A stretch of DNA of 64,000 nt from Takakia lepidozioides (Eukaryota; Plantae; Bryophyta). The notes below the pieces were generated by a model. The model was given only the letters and a program-made list of their open reading frames with translations. It did no database searches and was not told the origin of the DNA. The translations under genes and the position numbers were made by a program. This document shows positions 25,723-38,690 of this stretch, one piece after another. The stretch lies in contig CM060734.1 of NCBI GenBank assembly GCA_030704615.1, positions 32,736,001 through 32,800,000 on the forward strand, read 5' to 3'. The stretch's first letter is position 1. Each line of letters starts with the position of its first letter.

Positions 25723-28700
25723 ATGACTTCCCATGTGGTTGGTTATCCTCGAATGGGCCCCAAGAGGGAGCTCAAATTCGCCCTTGAGTCTTTCTGGGAC
25801 GGAAAGTCCTCAGCAGCTGACCTTGAGGCCGTTGCCAAGGACTTGAGAGCTTCGATCTGGAAGCAGATGGCTAATGCTGGTGTCAGTCTGATCCCCAGCA
25901 ACACCTTCGCATACTACGATCAGGTCCTGGATACCACAGCCCTGGTCGGAGCTGTACCTTCCCGCTATGGGTGGACTGGTGGTGAAGTTGGCTTGGATAC
26001 TTACTTCTCCATGGCCCGTGGTAATGCCAAGCAGCCTGCTATGGAGATGACCAAATGGTTTGACACAAACTAGTAAGTCCTTCCCTCTGCATTACCTGTG
26101 GATGTCCCATGATCAAGTGGTGCATGGCCCCTGTTATCACTTTTGAACTCTGCAACTGGTCATATGCTTTGCTGTCAATAGGTTAGTAACGTGTATGATA
26201 TTTTTGTAGTACAGGTCATCTATCTTCTGTGCACCCACTATTACACTTGGAGTTGAATCATTTTGAGTCTACACATTGTGAAACCATTGCAATCACTCTT
26301 GCATTGTCAGGTTGTATGTCAGACAACAAATCGTTATAGAGGGTTTGAAACTTGAATGACAATGAGTTTGCGTTTTCATGCAGTCACTACATTGTCCCAG
26401 AGCTTGGCCCAGAGACTAAGTTTGTGCTCTCATCACGGAAGGCTGTGGATGAGTATAAGGAAGCCAAAGCGGTAACTCTCCTCCACTGTTCCATCTGGAT
26501 TGAGCTATTCTTCCAAAGTAGTCCTTAAAGTGAAGAACTAGAGCTCATATCAATGTATCTAACATTTTATTCTTTGGTTTTCACAGCTCGGCATTGAGAC
26601 CGTGCCTGTCTTCGTTGGGCCAGTCACCTACCTCCTGCTTTCCAAGCTGGACAAGAGTGCCCCAAAGGACTTCCAGCTCCTTTCTCTTCTGGATTCTCTT
26701 CTACCTATTTACAAGTAAGGATGTGGAAATTATTCAGCATTCTGTATTTTCTGCTCTACATTTGCGCCATTCACGGTTGCAGTAATTTGGAACCTGTTCC
26801 CCTCTGAGCTATTTACAGTGAAGTAAAAGTCATTTGTTATATTACCCAGAGCTTGAGGAAGTAGGAGGGCCTTCTGAGTGGTTGGGATCTGCATCTGGTT
26901 GGAACAGGGAAGTACTGGGAGAGTTGAAAGAGGCAGGTGCCAAGTGGGTGCAATTTGATGAGCCTGCACTGGTTCTTGATCTGGAAGCTTCCAAACTGGA
27001 GGCCTTCACCAAGGCCTACTCTGTCCTAGGGTCTGACCTCGGGGGTGTGAAGATCCTACTTGAGACCTACTTCACCGATATCCCTGCTGCAGCATACAAG
27101 TAAGTACTGTTGGACACTGGTCAAAGTAATGTGCAACCATAGCTTATGTTAGCAAATCTTTAAAATTTCTTACTGCTCTGTCTGCTGATGGCAGCTGCAA
27201 ACAATTGTACAAATTGAATGTGCACTACTTAGTGCCAGATGTAGTCTGGATTTTCTTGAGGCACTAGTGGGGGCATTGACCAACCAACCAGTAAGGCGAG
27301 TTTCAAACAATGGTGTTTGTGCTGTCATGACAAAATACAGCTATCCTAATCATTTCACCTTCTTTTGCTGTTCCTTATCAGGACAATTATTGGGTTGAAA
27401 AATGTGTCTGCCATTGGTGTTGATCTTGTGCGCGGCACAAAGACGCTTGACCTCATTAAGGAGGTTGGCATCCCTGATGGAAAGATTCTGTTTGCTGGAG
27501 TGGTTGATGGTCGAAACATCTGGGCCAATGACCTGGCAGCCTCAGTTGCTACATTGGAAGACTTGGAGAAAACTCTTGGGAAAGGTATAAATGCGTTGTC
27601 TGTTAGCCCTTTTGTTGCTGTTTCTAGTTGTCTTTGTCATGAATTTTCTCAAGACATGTTCTAACCCCAGCTTCTACATCCTATGCAGGAAGGGTAGTGG
27701 TTTCAACATCCTGCTCACTGCTCCACTCAGCAGTTGATCTAAAAAATGAGACCAAGTTGGATGAGGAGCTCAAGTCTTGGCTTGCATTTGCTGCCCAAAA
27801 GGTGTTGGAAGTAGTTGCACTGGCAGGCGCACTTTCTGGCAAGAAAAACGAGGTGATACATGTTTTCTACTTAAATTGTTGTGATCTTATGACAAGGGAG
27901 TGTCAGATGCAGTGAGGTTGTTGTGCTGTTTTTGGTGAAGCAGCAATATTTGTGATTGAAGTACAAGTGATTAGTCATTAGGAGGTCTGTGGCAGAGCTT
28001 CAAAATGTACACTCTTCTACTGCTCCCTGCTGCTCTGGAGAGGTTTGCTAGTTTTGTGACGGTGGCAATCGAAATCAGACACTCCTGCATCCCAACACCT
28101 AACTCCCGAGTCAATGTCGATCCTCAATGAAATTTGCCAGGATGTGTTGCACACAGTAATCAAAAGGTTTGTACTGGGATACTGCTTTCCAGTACAACCA
28201 GCCAACTGAGTGGCCTGCGAATCAGGAATGAATACAAAAGATTGGTAGCATCCAGAGAGATACTGAAATGCTGGTAGTCCTCCCAATGGACCCCTCATGT
28301 GTGTCTGGCTTTGGTCTGGGTGTAGGAGTTCTTCTCTGCAAATGCTGCTGCCCAAGCATCCAGGAGATCTTCCCCAAGGGTCCACAACAAGGCGGTGCAG
28401 GAGGCTGTAAGTCTCCAAAAATGCACGATATTGCTCCCTTGTGTTGTTCAATCCCAAGGTGCATTATGTTTGTGTATACATATTCTTAAAGATGCATGTC
28501 ATTTGCTAAGCATGTTTTCTGGCAGGCTTCAGCACTGAAAGGATCAGATCACCGTCGTGCTACAACTGTCAGTACCCGTTTGGAGGAGCAACAGAAGAAG
28601 CTGAATCTGCCTATCCTACCCACCACCACCATTGGCTCTTTCCCTCAGACTCCTGATCTACGCAGGGTTCGCCGTGAGGTCAAGAGCAACAAGTAAGTTG

Positions 28701-31405
28701 TGTCCCCTTTCAGTTAGAATTAAGGCGTCTGCAAGTTCTCCCAAAATTCTGTCCACGTTCATGAAAATGCAAGTATGTGAATGTTAGGGTTCTTGCCCAC
28801 TCATTGGCAAGTTTTTGTACCTTGTTGTGGCATGCTTTCAGTTAAGAATCTTAGCTATCTAGGTTTTCAAACTACATTTTAAGCATCCAGAAGCCATATC
28901 CGAGAACTGCTACTCTGGAATGAAACACAAGTGAAGGTTGAAGTTTAACTGAAACATAATTTCCCATGTAACTTGCTTCAATGCCAATTTTTTTTAATCC
29001 ATTTCACCTCAGCAGGAGGTGATTTGGGAAAGTAATGTTTCTGAAGAAATAAGTATCAACTCACTCCGTTGGTAACTCCCTCTCTTTCAGGATCACAGAA
29101 GAGGAGTACATCAAGGCCATTAAGGCTGAAATCACTAATGTTGTCAAGTTGCAAGAAGAACTTGACATTGATGTTCTGGTCCATGGTGAACCTGAGGTAG
29201 ATATCCAATTGCTGCCTGCTTTCAGTGTTGCAAGATGTGGGGGGCATATGCTGCTAGATTGTACAGATGGTTGCATCGAAGTCCATTTGCTGTTGTTATT
29301 GTAAGTGTTTGTGGACTGGGTACTATATAACGTTCTTCGTGAAGATGGAGCTTCCCCCTGCCATATGCTGTTCTTCCAAGATGTTTGGTACTCGTCTCTT
29401 CTCTCTTATTTTTCTTATTGTTTCTCAGAGAAACGACATGGTTGAGTACTTCGGTGAGCAACTTCAGGGATTTGTCTTCTCCAGTAATGGGTGGGTGCAA
29501 TCATATGGCTCCCGCTGTGTGAAGCCCCCAATTATTTATGGTGATGTGAGCCGCCCTAAGGCCATGACTGTATACTGGTCCACCTACGCTCAGAGTGTTA
29601 CAAAACGCCCAATGAAGGGCATGCTCACCGGCCCAGTCACCATCCTCAACTGGTCCTTTGTCAGAAATGACCAGCCCAGGTATGTGAAGGCTTTGTTACT
29701 CATTGTTCCATGACAATTTCTTTCAGGTTTAACTTTGTTGTTACACTACGTGATCAAGAGATTAATGTCCACGAGTGTGTGTGCGTCTGGTTGCAATGAC
29801 TGTCAGTGGTGGTTGACTCCTTGAGAATCGCAGCAGTGAAAGAGAATATGGATGTTGTGCCAGCTGTTGGTCTCTGCAACTAATACTCCCTGGATATAGC
29901 CCCAGCAAAGTCAAACTATTTTCTGATTTGAATATCCCGGGGGGAAGAGAAGTGACTCCCTTATTACAACCCTGGCCAAATGTCTGGTTGTGTGGTTGTT
30001 TTTGTCCAGACCACCTAGGTTTCCCCAACCTGATTCTTTTCAGATCCTCTTAGGACTGATGTATGTTATATTCGGATGCCCAAACACTTAGTGTGGATAC
30101 TGTGACGTGCAGATCCGAGACATGCATGCAGATTGCCTTGTCTATCAAAGAGGAGGTGGAAGATCTGGAGGCTGCTGGAATTCAGGTATGTAAGACTACT
30201 TTTGCACGTATGTAGGTGAGACCTATGAAGGAGGCTACTTCACTTAATTAACAACAGCTTGTCGCCGATGAAACTTTGATTGTCAGTGAGTGAAACTGAA
30301 ATTGTGCTGTCTAATTGTGTTAATCCCTTCATGTGGACTTGGAAATTTCAGGTTATTCAGATTGATGAAGCCGCACTCCGCGAAGGGCTGCCTCTGAGGA
30401 AGGAAGAGCAAGCCAGCTACCTAGACTGGGCTGTGCATGGTTTCCGCATCACAACTTGTGGTGTGAAGGATACCACTCAGGTTGGTGACAACTCTGTTAT
30501 TGTAGCATGAATCCATGGGTTGGAAGGCATTTCTTGTAGCATGTAGACTTGTCCAGGTCCTCATACAGCAAGCACCTGTTTAGTTGTTGTCGTATCTCAC
30601 AACACACTGGTTCTGCGTGTATGTATTTAACTCATGTCTACCAGTTTGGATTTCAGTGCATGTGAAGTGTTGTTTGATGCGTAGGTATGAAGAGCCTTAG
30701 TGAGAAAAAGATGCTGATTACTTTTGTAGAGTTGTTGTTTCAGTAATGCCCTAATCATTGCACTGGCTTATATGGATGAGCAGATCCACACCCACATGTG
30801 TTACTCACACTTCAATGACATCATCCACTCCATCATTGACATGGATGCTGATGTTATCACAATTGAGAATTCCCGATCTGATGAGAAGCTGCTTTCAGTC
30901 TTCCGAGATGGAGTACATTACGGGGCTGGCATTGGCCCTGGAGTCTATGATATTCACTCTCCCCGCATTCCTGACACCAATGAGATGGCCGAGCGGGCTC
31001 GCAAGGTATTGTTGACTTTTCCTTTTCCTACCCCGATCCTTCTTTCTGGTTTTTCTCCTTTTTTAATTTGAAACGTATGTTGAATGATAGATGCCATTGT
31101 TGTGTATGGTTCATCATTGCATAAGCTTAGTCTCAATAAACGTTGGAAGGGGTGTGATGAGGCAGTGAATGAGAGAGAGGAAAGAGTGTGAAGAAGGTAC
31201 TTGTTTATAGTGTTGGTTGTCGAAACTTAAAAGGAGGTGGGGAATGTTTGCAATGCAGATGCTGGCAGTTCTGGAGTCTAAGGTGCTGTGGATTAACCCC
31301 GACTGTGGGCTCAAGACCAGGAAGTATGCTGAAGTTGTGCCAGCTTTGACCAACCTTGTCAATGCTGCCAAGCAGTTGCGCACTGAGCTTGCAAGTGCGA
31401 AGTAG
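25723..31405 (+). CDS. METE: Cobalamin-independent methionine synthase (5-methyltetrahydropteroyltriglutamate-homocysteine methyltransferase), 14 coding exons, probable 5'UTR intron 24719-25703
   Basis: Approximate exons 25723-26072, 26384-26471, 26587-26714, 26908-27099, 27382-27584, 27689-27852, 28326-28406, 28526-28692, 29091-29196, 29429-29679, 30113-30185, 30352-30480, 30784-31005, 31259-31405. Motifs [42 protein letters not shown] and Zn ligands HMC and PDCGLKTR. Confidence 0.97.
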
Positions 31406-32584
31406 AAAGTAGTAACCACTTGACTGACCCCGTAATTCAGTAGAAAAAGTTTTGTGTAGTACTGAGTTTGGCACGGTGAGTGGTGGTTTTCAGTCAACGG
31501 CTACAATCACTGCTGTCCAACTTCCGGGGCATGGAGGGAAGTTTAATTACTCAAGGAGATTGGGTGTCTTGAAAGGGGCTTGGGCCCTTTCTATTTTGTA
31601 TTGCTCTGTCAATTTATATTTTGGAACAGTGACATATTCATATTGCCTTGGACATTAACCAAGTGTAGCTTACTGGTCTCGCAGTGATGCAGACCATTCT
31701 TTCCCTGTGGGGAGCTTGCGAGAACTTTTTGGGGTTATGTGCCCTTTTGTCTGACAAGTAGAAGTGAGGAACAAATTTGCTGAGGGAAAATTGTTATATG
31801 GGAAGGGAGATGAGACAGCAGAGGCCCAAATTGAACATTCTGTAATGTGGTGAATGCTGAAAAGAGACACAGCTGATAAACTGTGAACACTACACACTGG
31901 TCACAGACAACCAGTGTATGAAAAGCCTCAACATGATATTGGCACTACACTTCCCCTAGCTGTCTGCTTTGTGTGCAATGCTGATGACTGCATGTGGCGT
32001 TAGGGCACCCAGTGTCTTATGTGCCTGGAGCAAACAGATCTTAACAGTCTGAAGTGGAGTGAATGTCTGTTGACAGTACAAGCAGTCTGGGCATGTATGT
32101 GATAAACTGTGGATTCAGCAACAAAACACTTGCTACACCTTCAGTACACAATCCACTGTAAAGGAATTGTGATCTTTCCTCTTTAACTTTGAAAAGTTCT
32201 ACTCTAGATGTTAGGATTGATGGTGGCAACTCAACTGTTGAGATTTGTGAACAAGTATGAGTGGCGAACTGTTTGCACAGCTCATTTACTCTTGCTAATA
32301 TATAGAAGGTCAACTTAGATATCTGCAGGGAAGGAGCTAGGGCGCTGGGCCATGGATGCTAGTGTGGACAATTCAAGAGCACAGGCACTTACATCCTCAA
32401 AAGTGCATGCTGTGAGAGTAAAATTATACCATGTTTGGCTGTTGGCTGCTGGATTTAACATGCTGTTTAAAAGGGTGATGATAACCTTGGGATGTGCTGC
32501 ATGGATCCGTCACAACTTTTAGTTACCTCCTGGCCTCCACTGTCAATCTGTTTGTTAGAGCTCACGATACTCTTGTTTGAAAGG

Positions 32585-32985
32585 CTTTGGGATGATGATA
32601 CCCTTGCTGCCATGTCTGTTAAATGTGGGAGCATAAGAAATGCACGTGGTGTGTTTGATGTGTTTGACACTATGGATGAACGAGATGTGGTCACATGGAA
32701 TGTGATGATCTCAGGATATGCTCAGCATGGATGGTAAGGAGGCTCTCCAATTGTATGAGCAAATGATACGGGAAGCAGTGATGCCTGGCAAGGTCACATT
32801 CATTTCGGTTGTCAATGCGTGTGCCACCTGGAAAAGGGCAAAGAGGTCCATGCTGACTCATGAAAGCTGGAATTGCGTCTTTCATAACTTTGGAAAATAC
32901 CCTTGTTAACATGTATGCCAAATGTGGGCACATGAAAGGGGCACGTCAAGTGTTTGATGATATGGCTGAACGAAGCGTAGTCTTG
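32585..32985 (+). pseudogene. PLS-class PPR relic
   Basis: KCGSIRNARGVFD, DVVTWNVMISGYAQHG, LVNMYAKCG, with stops and frameshifts. Confidence 0.85.
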
Positions 32986-33455
32986 TGTTTGGGGATGTGG
33001 AAAGTGCTGCAGAACACTGGTTTCAGAGAGCAAAAAGTGAGGGCATACCCCCTAATGTTGTCATTTACAACAACATTATCAATGCCCACTGGTATGCCAT
33101 TTCATGTAATCCTAATGTTTTGTTCTTTTGTATGCAGGAGCAAGTGTGCATCTTCATGTCTTAGATTCTATCTTTTCTTTCTCTTGGGTTGGTCAGCGTT
33201 GTGCTTCAGCTGGCAATGACATCCCATGGTTGTTATGTCAATGCACACCATGGCGTTCCCGTCCAAGAATACATTGGGTATTGTTTAGATGACGATTCAG
33301 GTTTAACGTGAGTAATTGTGCTTGGTATAGATTATGCTCAATGACCATGTCTGGCTAGTTTTATAACTGTAATTACGTTCTTGAAAGCATCTAGGTGTAT
33401 AATACAATTTGCACTTGAGGTTGAAGGTTTGATTTAGAGTTTTGAGTCATGCAGA

Positions 33456-34870
33456 ATGGCAGGGTTGAATGAGGCGGAGATGTTTTTGGGACAAGAGACT
33501 GGCGGCAGGGGTAGTTCCCTCTCTGGCACTTGTCAGTATGTTAGGATTCTATGTAAGGCAGGACGACTGAAAGATGTGCTGCACATTTTAAGCCAACAAG
33601 GCATTCGAGCATACTGGAATACATATGTCGTTCTCTTGCAGGAATGTATGAGCATGGAAAACCTAGCACAAGGGAAGCAGGTGCATTTCTACATTATCCA
33701 AAGTGGATGCAAGCCAATAGTATATCTGCTCAATACCCTTGTCAACATGTATGTCAACTACGGTAGCTTGGTGGATGCACGTAAAGTGTTTGACAACGAG
33801 ATTTGCTTACATGGACTGGGATGATGGCAGGTTATGCCAAGCATGAGCATGCTCAGGATGCCTTCAAAATCTATGAGCAAATGCAATGAGAAAGGGTGAC
33901 CCCTGATAGGATCACCTTCATCCGCGGTCTCAAACCATGTGCCAGCCTAGGAGACCTGGAATAAAGTCATATTTAAACCTGGAGAATAGCCTTGTGGACA
34001 TGTATGCCAAATGCGGGGTCATGAAGGATGCGTAGGAAGTGTTTGATAATATGGCTATAAGCGAGATATGGTTTCATGGAGTGCCGTGATTGCAAGATAT
34101 GCTCAGCATGGGTGTGGTAGGGAAGCTTTGAAGATCTAGGAGCAAATGCAACAGGAAGGGATGATGCCAAACAGGGTCACATTCGTTTGTGTTCTCAATG
34201 CATGTGCTAGCCGAGGAGATTTGTAAAAGGGCAAGCAGGTCCATGCTGACATCATCAAAGCTGGAATTATGTCATATATAAATTTTGAGAATACTCTTGA
34301 CACTTGTTGACATGTATGCAAAATGCGCAAGCATGAAAGATGCCCAACAAGTGTTTGATAATATGGCTACACGAGATGTGGTCTCCTGGAGTGCATTGAT
34401 AGCAGGATATGCTCGTCATGGGTTTGGGAGGGAGGCTTTCCAGATGTACAGGCAAATGCAACAAGCAGGGGTGAGAGCCAACACAGTCACGTTTGTTTGT
34501 GTTCTCAATGCGTGTTCCAGCCTAGGAGCCCTGGAAAAGGGCAAAGAGGTGCATGCTGACACCATGAAAGCTGGAATTGCGTCATATATCAATTTGGAGA
34601 ATAGCCTTATCGACATGTATGCAAAATGCGGTAGCATGAAGAAGGCGCGTCAAGTGAAGTGTTTGCCAGTATGGCTAAATGAGATGTGGTCTCGTGGAGT
34701 TCGTTGATAGCAGGATATGCTCAGCATGGGGATGCTATGGAAGCTTTCAAGATCTGAGAAAATGCAACAGGATGGGGTGATTGACGCCCGACATGGTCAC
34801 ATTCACTTGTATTCTCAATGTGCGCCAGCCTCAGAGCTCTGGAAAAAGGGAAACAGGTCCATGATGACAT
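33456..34870 (+). pseudogene. PLS-class PPR pseudogene
   Basis: Several PLS triplets (LVDMYAKC, DVVSWSALIAGYARHG, TFVCVLNACS) interrupted by premature stops and frameshifts; no E/DYW domain seen. Confidence 0.9.
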
Positions 34871-35669
34871 CCAGAAATGAATTGCAACAGAGAACAGGTC
34901 AAGTCTGTTTGCACAATGATTTAGGTTGGTCGTTTTGGTTTCACCAGGTTTGCATTCTTCAGCCTCTACTGTCCAGGTTATCTATGCATTAGGCGTTTCT
35001 TGTGTCAGGTTGCTGACCCTGTTTGAGTGACTATTTAGGCCTCACTTGCTTTCTTGACCACACTGAAGGAGAGAGGGAGTGAGAGAGACTTTACATCTGA
35101 CACAAATATCTTTGGACTGGAAATCAGTCTGGCTTGGCATAAGTGTTGGCAATGCAAAATTGGATTTGCATAGGAAGCATAGAAGATTGGCAAATCATCT
35201 TCAAAATTTTCGTGGAAGAAACCACATCGAAAAGAACCCATTTTGCCATTGTACATGTCCAAGAACAAATGTGACTGCAAAAAATGTATTTGAGGTTTGC
35301 TCCCCTCATTAGATGGCTGCCTTCCCATCACTTATCCCAAAGACAAAAATTCCCCCTTCTCAACCACATTCCCGGTCCGTATTCCCCCCTAGTACAAAGT
35401 GGTGTAGGAATGGCAGACGAATGCCAGCTGAACATCTATTAGCTGAACATCTATTACAGGGACTTGAATCAGCCTAGAGCAACCAACAGCCCCTGTCCCT
35501 CTGATCTATCCTTCAAGACTGGATGCCCCTGGCAGGGCCCGCAGTCAAATCCCCACCCCCTAAGGCTAGCCCCTGTGCCTATATTATTCCCCTAAGGGGC
35601 CTTGTGATATATGTATTATTCTACTGACGACCAAAGGTCGGATACTAGTTTTAGTGTAGGGCTGGAAGA

Positions 35670-35819
35670 GGGAGCCATAGTGACACATCATGGTCACCAT
35701 GTCATCATCGCCACATCATTATCGTCACTTTTTTGGCTAAAAAAAACAAAGAAAACAAAAAAGGATTTTGAAAATCTATTTTACAAATCTGCTCTAATAT
35801 CGCTTGCTTTTTTGTAGTG
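35670..35819 (-). mobile_element. CACTA transposon terminal remnant
   Basis: Reverse strand begins CACTACAAAAAAGCAAGCGATATTAG at 35819; no matching partner end found. Confidence 0.4.
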
Positions 35820-36093
35820 ATCCAAACCAATGACCATTGTCAACAATCATACAACAGTGACTGTAGGGAAAGAAAACTCAGTCCATGACAATTTTTGATT
35901 CATTCAAATGAAATGGCTGACATACAAGATAAAAAAAACTTGGAATGTTTCAGCTAGCTACACTTCTGTGCAGACTAGGCAATCTTGCAGCGTTGAAGGG
36001 TCTGATATGGAATCCATCCTAGTCCTTCTACTGAAATCATGGATAACCATGACCACTTGCCTATGCCATAGTTTCTAATTGAGGAGAATGATA

Positions 36094-37224
36094 CTATGGA
36101 TAATTAGTAACGCAATAAACCTCATTACCATAACCAGTACTTGCACATGTCGCAGCTTGTGGAGGAGGCACAACGGGAACGCCACTGCTGGGATATCTTG
36201 GAAAGCCACCAATGGGAAATCCTAGACCGCCGCCGCCGGGAAACAAACCTACGCCACTGGGATGTCCTGGAAAGCCACCATTGGGAAACCCTGGACCGCC
36301 GCCGCCGGGGAACAAACCGGGATAACCTCCGAAATGTCCAAAACTTCCAAACGGAGGAGGATGGCCTAGGAATGGATGTTTAGCGTCGAAGTACTTCATA
36401 TTACCATGCCCACTTGCTGATGCCATAGCTTCTAGAGGAGGTACACCGGGAAATCCTGGGAAGCCACCACTGGGATATCCTCCAAAGCCACCAATGGGAT
36501 GTCCTAGAAATCCACCACTAGGATATCCTGGGAAGCCACCACTGGGAAATCCTGGACTGCCGCCGCCGGGAAACAAACCGGGATCACCTCCGAAATGTCC
36601 AATACTTCCTCCTCCGACACTGGGATGTCCTGGAAAGCCACCACTGGGATATCCTGGAAAGCCACCAATGGGATGTCCTGGAAAGCCAACACTCGGATAT
36701 CCTGGAAAGCCACCACTGGGAAATCCTGGACTACCGTCGCCGGGAAACAAACCGGGATCACTTCCGAAATGTCCAATACTTCCTCCTCCGCCACTGGGAT
36801 ATCCTGGGAAGCCACCACTGGGATATCCTGGAAGGCCACCACTGGGAAATCCTGGACCGAGGCCGCCGATATTGGGATAATCTCCGACATGTCCAAATCT
36901 TCCATGACTTTTTTCACTACTATTGAGGTTATTGCCAATACCTCCATCAGGAATTCCTTCATTGCTTGGATTTCTACTCTGAGAACCATCACCATCGGGC
37001 CCTAGAGGACTTCCTAGGGCTCCAAGATCATGACCAACAGAAGGCCCAAAACTACTCAAAGGACTAGGATCACTAGCTTTGTTGTTGAGGTCCAAATCAC
37101 CTAGCACTACACCCTCTGAATCATGCTTGTTCCCAACACCTTCACTTGCAGCTTGCACACTCCCTACTAACAAAAACAGAAACAAGAGGGAAGGCACCAT
37201 ACGAATTTGTTGCACAGTCTTCAT
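36094..37224 (-). CDS. Secreted glycine/proline-rich repetitive protein (~376 aa), single exon
   Basis: Uninterrupted ORF; hydrophobic signal peptide (LLFLFLLVGSVQA); many GGFPG(Y/H)P(S/I) repeats; TATATAAA about 115 bp upstream (37338-37345, minus strand). Confidence 0.85.
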   Translation of the reverse strand: MKTVQQIRMVPSLLFLFLLVGSVQAASEGVGNKHDSEGVVLGDLDLNNKASDPSPLSSFGPSVGHDLGALGSPLGPDGDGSQSRNPSNEGIPDGGIGNNLNSSEKSHGRFGHVGDYPNIGGLGPGFPSGGLPGYPSGGFPGYPSGGGGSIGHFGSDPGLFPGDGSPGFPSGGFPGYPSVGFPGHPIGGFPGYPSGGFPGHPSVGGGSIGHFGGDPGLFPGGGSPGFPSGGFPGYPSGGFLGHPIGGFGGYPSGGFPGFPGVPPLEAMASASGHGNMKYFDAKHPFLGHPPPFGSFGHFGGYPGLFPGGGGPGFPNGGFPGHPSGVGLFPGGGGLGFPIGGFPRYPSSGVPVVPPPQAATCASTGYGNEVYCVTNYP

Positions 37225-37539
37225 TGCAAGCAATCAATCCTTTAGCTGGACCTAAACCTCTTCCTCCCTTCCCAACTCTATAGCAAGATCACGCAGACGC
37301 ACACACAAGTTGTTGGTAAGCCGCTCCAAAGACTTAGTTTATATAGTGACTGAAGGCCAAGGCCTTAAGCAACATACTGATAAACATAGCTGCTGTTGGG
37401 CACTATAGTAGTGTCCACAGATTTTTCTTTTCTTAAAAAAAGAAAAAGAAAAGTATCTTCGGACTCGGTTTTCTTGTTTTTTTCTTTTCTTGTTTTTTTC
37501 TTTTCTTTTCTTTTCTTTTCTCCAAATTTAGATATGATG

Positions 37540-38690
37540 TCCCATGGACCTCTATGCCCTTTTCCAGGGGTCCTAGGCTGGAACATGCATTGAGAACACA
37601 AATGAAAGTGACCTTGTTGGGCTGCACCCCCTCTTGTTGCATCTGCTCGTAGATCTGGACAGCCTCCCTACCAAACCCATGTTGGGCATATCCCGCTATC
37701 ATCACACTCCATGAGACCACATTTCGTTTAGCCATACTGTCAAATACTTGTTGCGCATCCCTCATGCTCCCACATTTGGCGTACATGTCAACAAGGACAG
37801 TCTCCAAATTTATATATGGTGCAATTCCAGCTTTAATAATGTCACCATGGACGACTTTCCCCATTTCCAAGGCTCCTAGGCTGGCAAAAGCATTGATAAC
37901 ACAAACGAAATGTGACCCTGTCGGGCTTCACACCTTGTTGTTGCATTTGTTCATAGATATTGAAAGCCTCCCTGCCACAACCGTGTTGAGCATATCCTGT
38001 TATCATGGCATTCCATGATACCACATCTGGTTTGGCCATATTGTCAAATACGTGATGGGCATCCCTCATGCTTCCACATTTGGCATCCATGTCCACAAGG
38101 CTATTCTCCAAGTTTACATAGGACACAATTCCAGCTTTGATTATGTCAGAATGGATGTCTTTACCTTTTTGCAGGGCTCCTCGGCACACACACTCTGAGA
38201 ACACAAATGAATGTGACTCTGTCAGGCGTGACCCCCTCTCGTTGCATTTATGCTTGGCATATCCTGCCATCATTGTTGTCCATGTACACAGATCTCGTTG
38301 AGACATTTTGTCAAATACTCGGCGTGCAGCCGCAACACTCCCACATTTGGCATACATTTTGACAAGGGTGCTGAGTAGAAAGATGCTTGGCTCCAATCCA
38401 CTTTGAACAATGTGGGCATGCACCTGCAAGGCCTTTCATTCTGATGCACTCCTGCAAGAGAGATAGATAAGTATTGCAGTCTGCCCTTGTTCAAAATGTG
38501 CAGCTCCTCTTTCAGTCGTCCTGTCTTACATAGTTCCCTCACAACCCCACAAGCACAAGAGGAGTCCTCGATATGTCCCTCTTGTCGTTCTTTTTCAATA
38601 GAAGTGATGATTGTGAAGGTGCTATCCCTTCCACCAAATTTCTGTCCAACAACCAACTGTGCTTGATTCACCCCTGCCTTCCTGCATGAC
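37540..38690 (-). pseudogene. PLS-class PPR pseudogene, inverted paralog of 33456-34870
   Basis: PPR motifs spread over three frames; shares the N-terminal leader and VR.LCK.GRLK motif; truncated at an A-rich tract. Confidence 0.88.

Noticed and set aside
36141-37005. Plus-strand and alternate-frame repetitive ORFs (GKPPLGYP, SWKATTG)
   Set aside because: Shadows of the Gly/Pro-rich gene, which has the signal peptide and TATA box.
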